Part shown: positions 61,698 through 64,000 of the stretch, one piece after another
Layout: the number at the start of each line of letters is the position of its first letter
Position numbering within the stretch: the first letter of the stretch is position 1
Origin: a virus
Taxonomy: Duplodnaviria > Caudoviricetes
Strand: one strand, 5' to 3'
IMG/VR virus record: IMGVR_UViG_2645727757_000001
Span: 64,001-128,000 of that record
DNA: 64,000 bases
Made by a program: the position numbers and the translations under genes
The notes under the pieces: model-generated
What the model saw: only the letters and a program-made list of their open reading frames with translations
The model's database searches: none
What the model was told of the DNA's origin: nothing

Positions 61698-62723
61698 TTA
61701 AGTAATATATTTATTTTTATAAGAGGAATTTTCAACCTTGCTTCTAATTGCATCGCTACAATCAAGTAGAATTTGTATGGCCATCTTGCTATAAATAATA
61801 ACAACAAATGGTTTCTTATAATATGCTTTTATTACATATCTACGCATTAGGTAATCACCTATAAATTCCATTACTATTTTGTCTTTGCATGATATTGTTA
61901 ATCCCATTCTTGTAATATTAGCTGATTTTTCAAAAATCCCTTCAATAAAAGCATCTTGGTACTCTATTGGTATATTTAAGCCTTTGTTCGTAATGAAAGA
62001 TTTAAAATCATTTATCAAATTAACGTCCCTTGATTTCATTAAATATGATGTTTGTCCCGATTTTATAATTGTTGGTTTAATTAAAAATACTTCATCAACA
62101 ATTAACTCTAATAATTCCACTTGCTTTATAGGTAAAGTAAATGTTATTTCATATTTGTTTACAGCTACATTTTTTATATTGTAAGTAGAAAACATTACAC
62201 CTAAAATATAAGCCTTGCTATTGTCAAGTTTATTAAAATATCCTATTTTATAAGGTGCTTTAACTGAATTTAAAAGTGTTCTAATTTTTTTATGATGTAG
62301 TATTCTTTCTACTTTTCTATTACTTAAATTTACCTCTTTAGCTATATCTGGAACTTTTTTACCACCAATATAATCATTAACTATAATATTAACTATATTT
62401 TTATCAAGTTCATCAATAAATAAAAGTTCTTTTTTTCTTGAATTAATTATTGTATTAATAGTTGAATATGATAATCCATATCTTTCTGCTATTTTTCTTG
62501 TTGCACACCCATCTAAATATTCTTTATATATTTTATCTTTTTCCTTTTCGGAAGCTCTTCTAAACTTCCCATTAGCTACTTTATCGCCTAAATTTCTTTT
62601 TATAGTTTCAGCAGAAACCTCATAAAGTTCTCCAATTTCTTTGAGGCTCATTCCAGATTCATACATATTTTTTATAGTTTCTATATCTTCAAATGATATT
62701 TTCCTTTTTCCCATGTTCCTCAC
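61698..62723 (-). CDS. Multi-HTH protein with degenerate LAGLIDADG domain
   Basis: Three HTH repeats; YFNKLDNSKAYILGVMFS and FIEGIFEKS lack the catalytic DG. Confidence 0.65.
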   Translation of the reverse strand: MRNMGKRKISFEDIETIKNMYESGMSLKEIGELYEVSAETIKRNLGDKVANGKFRRASEKEKDKIYKEYLDGCATRKIAERYGLSYSTINTIINSRKKELLFIDELDKNIVNIIVNDYIGGKKVPDIAKEVNLSNRKVERILHHKKIRTLLNSVKAPYKIGYFNKLDNSKAYILGVMFSTYNIKNVAVNKYEITFTLPIKQVELLELIVDEVFLIKPTIIKSGQTSYLMKSRDVNLINDFKSFITNKGLNIPIEYQDAFIEGIFEKSANITRMGLTISCKDKIVMEFIGDYLMRRYVIKAYYKKPFVVIIYSKMAIQILLDCSDAIRSKVENSSYKNKYIT

Positions 62724-62724
62724 C

Positions 62725-63759
62725 TTATATGTTTAGTTTTTCATAATATTCTCTATAATTACTATTTAAAGCACGATCGATAAGTTCTGGATGCTCTCTT
62801 AATAAGCTTTCTATACTTTTTTTATTTATTACAAGAACACTATTCTTTGTTATAGTACTGTGTATTATTTCTAATTTATCAAAGTAATTTAATATACCAT
62901 TTAAATAATTTTGATCTTTAAATAGTATTCTTATTCCAGGTCTAACGATTCTTAAAGAATACATAAAGTAACCTTTAAAGAATGAATGTAAATATTTTTC
63001 TGGTATATTAATATCACCTTCCATTCCATAACTGATTAGATCATCAAGTATTTCTTTGCTATTAAATTTTGCAATAAAATTATTATCATGGCATTTATGG
63101 ATATTAATAGTTCCTACTGATGTTAATTCATCTAGCAGCTCTCTTACAACAGGAATCATTTCTTTAGTCAATGAAAAACATACACAATGTTTTCTATATG
63201 CATGTTTTGATATGCATGACATAGAAAATATTAATCCCATATTATAAGCTTTTTTATCATCTAAATTTTTAAAATAATCCGCTTTCAATACAACGCCTCG
63301 TGTATTTTCCAAGTTATTATATTGAATTATTTTATGAATAGTGCCATATGCTAATTTATATTTTTTAGCTATTTTTGCAATGGCAAGATTGTTTTTGTAA
63401 TCTTCTTTTATTCCCTCTAATATTTCATTATCTAAATTTGAAATAAATTCTGTGTGATTAGATTTAAATTTAATTGTCTGTACTATTGTTTCCATAGAAG
63501 TGTTATATTCTTTACTTAAATCTTCAACACTTTTTCCAGCTAAATAGTCTTTGTATAATCTATTTTTATCTGATATTGATAAATAATCACACCCTCTTTT
63601 TTTAATTGAGTTATTTATTCCATAGTCTTCTCTTTTTAACCAATAATATATTGTTGTTCTTGTTACATCAAACATATTAGCTATTTCAACTATAGAAAGA
63701 CCACTATCATATAAAGTCTTTATAGTTAATAAATCTTCTTCGTCTATCTTGTTACGCAT
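62725..63759 (-). CDS. Multi-HTH protein with degenerate LAGLIDADG domain (paralogue)
   Basis: Three HTH repeats; YFKNLDDKKAYNMGLIFSMS and FFKGYFMYS. Confidence 0.65.
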   Translation of the reverse strand: MRNKIDEEDLLTIKTLYDSGLSIVEIANMFDVTRTTIYYWLKREDYGINNSIKKRGCDYLSISDKNRLYKDYLAGKSVEDLSKEYNTSMETIVQTIKFKSNHTEFISNLDNEILEGIKEDYKNNLAIAKIAKKYKLAYGTIHKIIQYNNLENTRGVVLKADYFKNLDDKKAYNMGLIFSMSCISKHAYRKHCVCFSLTKEMIPVVRELLDELTSVGTINIHKCHDNNFIAKFNSKEILDDLISYGMEGDINIPEKYLHSFFKGYFMYSLRIVRPGIRILFKDQNYLNGILNYFDKLEIIHSTITKNSVLVINKKSIESLLREHPELIDRALNSNYREYYEKLNI

Positions 63760-63780
63760 TCCCTAACCTCTCCCATATTG

Positions 63781-63963
63781 TTAATTGTATAATTTAATAA
63801 AACTCTTAATGTTTTCTTCCCCTTCTATCTTTGCACATTTTGATTTTACTTTTGTTGCAACAATTCCATTTTCAGCTAAGTATTCTAATATAAAATCTTT
63901 TGTACCAGTATTTTTATATTTTATATTTACAACATCTTCTTTAATTTCACATGAATATTCCAA
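63781..63963 (-). CDS. Small hypothetical protein
   Basis: 60 aa, TTG start, AAGG RBS. Confidence 0.4.
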   Translation of the reverse strand: MEYSCEIKEDVVNIKYKNTGTKDFILEYLAENGIVATKVKSKCAKIEGEENIKSFIKLYN

Positions 63964-64000
63964 ATAACCTTTTACAAATTGTTTTATAAGATTATTTGGA

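Overview
This is a very AT-rich window with Firmicutes-type (AGGAGG) ribosome-binding sites. Almost every credible gene lies on the minus strand. It reads as the replication, recombination and early/accessory arm of a large Clostridium-type phage or phage-plasmid (inference); no virion genes are visible. The left third is a DNA-metabolism block: partial Holliday resolvase, tmk, HU, ArdC, DnaG, a split and fused SbcCD, dUTPase, UvrD, GroEL, recA, SSB and dnaE. recA and dnaE are each interrupted by a group I intron carrying a homing endonuclease, and the splice sites can be read from the sequence. The middle holds many small accessory ORFs (RadC, GroES). These are followed by a membrane/segregation module: five tandem SpoIIIAC/AD-like peptides, two FtsK/SpoIIIE-type ATPases and a ParM/ParR/parC-like system. 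The right part holds several SSB/OB-fold paralogues, a ~800-nt non-coding element with extensive long-range base pairing, a repeat-rich candidate sRNA, a Macro+SLOG-like protein, a ~1400-aa YonO/RdRP-like single-subunit polymerase and two degenerate LAGLIDADG proteins. The best candidates for undescribed biology are (i) the large folded element among the SSB paralogues near the polymerase and (ii) the SpoIIIAC-array/FtsK/ParMR module. All family calls come from motif recognition by eye; no searches or folding programs were run.
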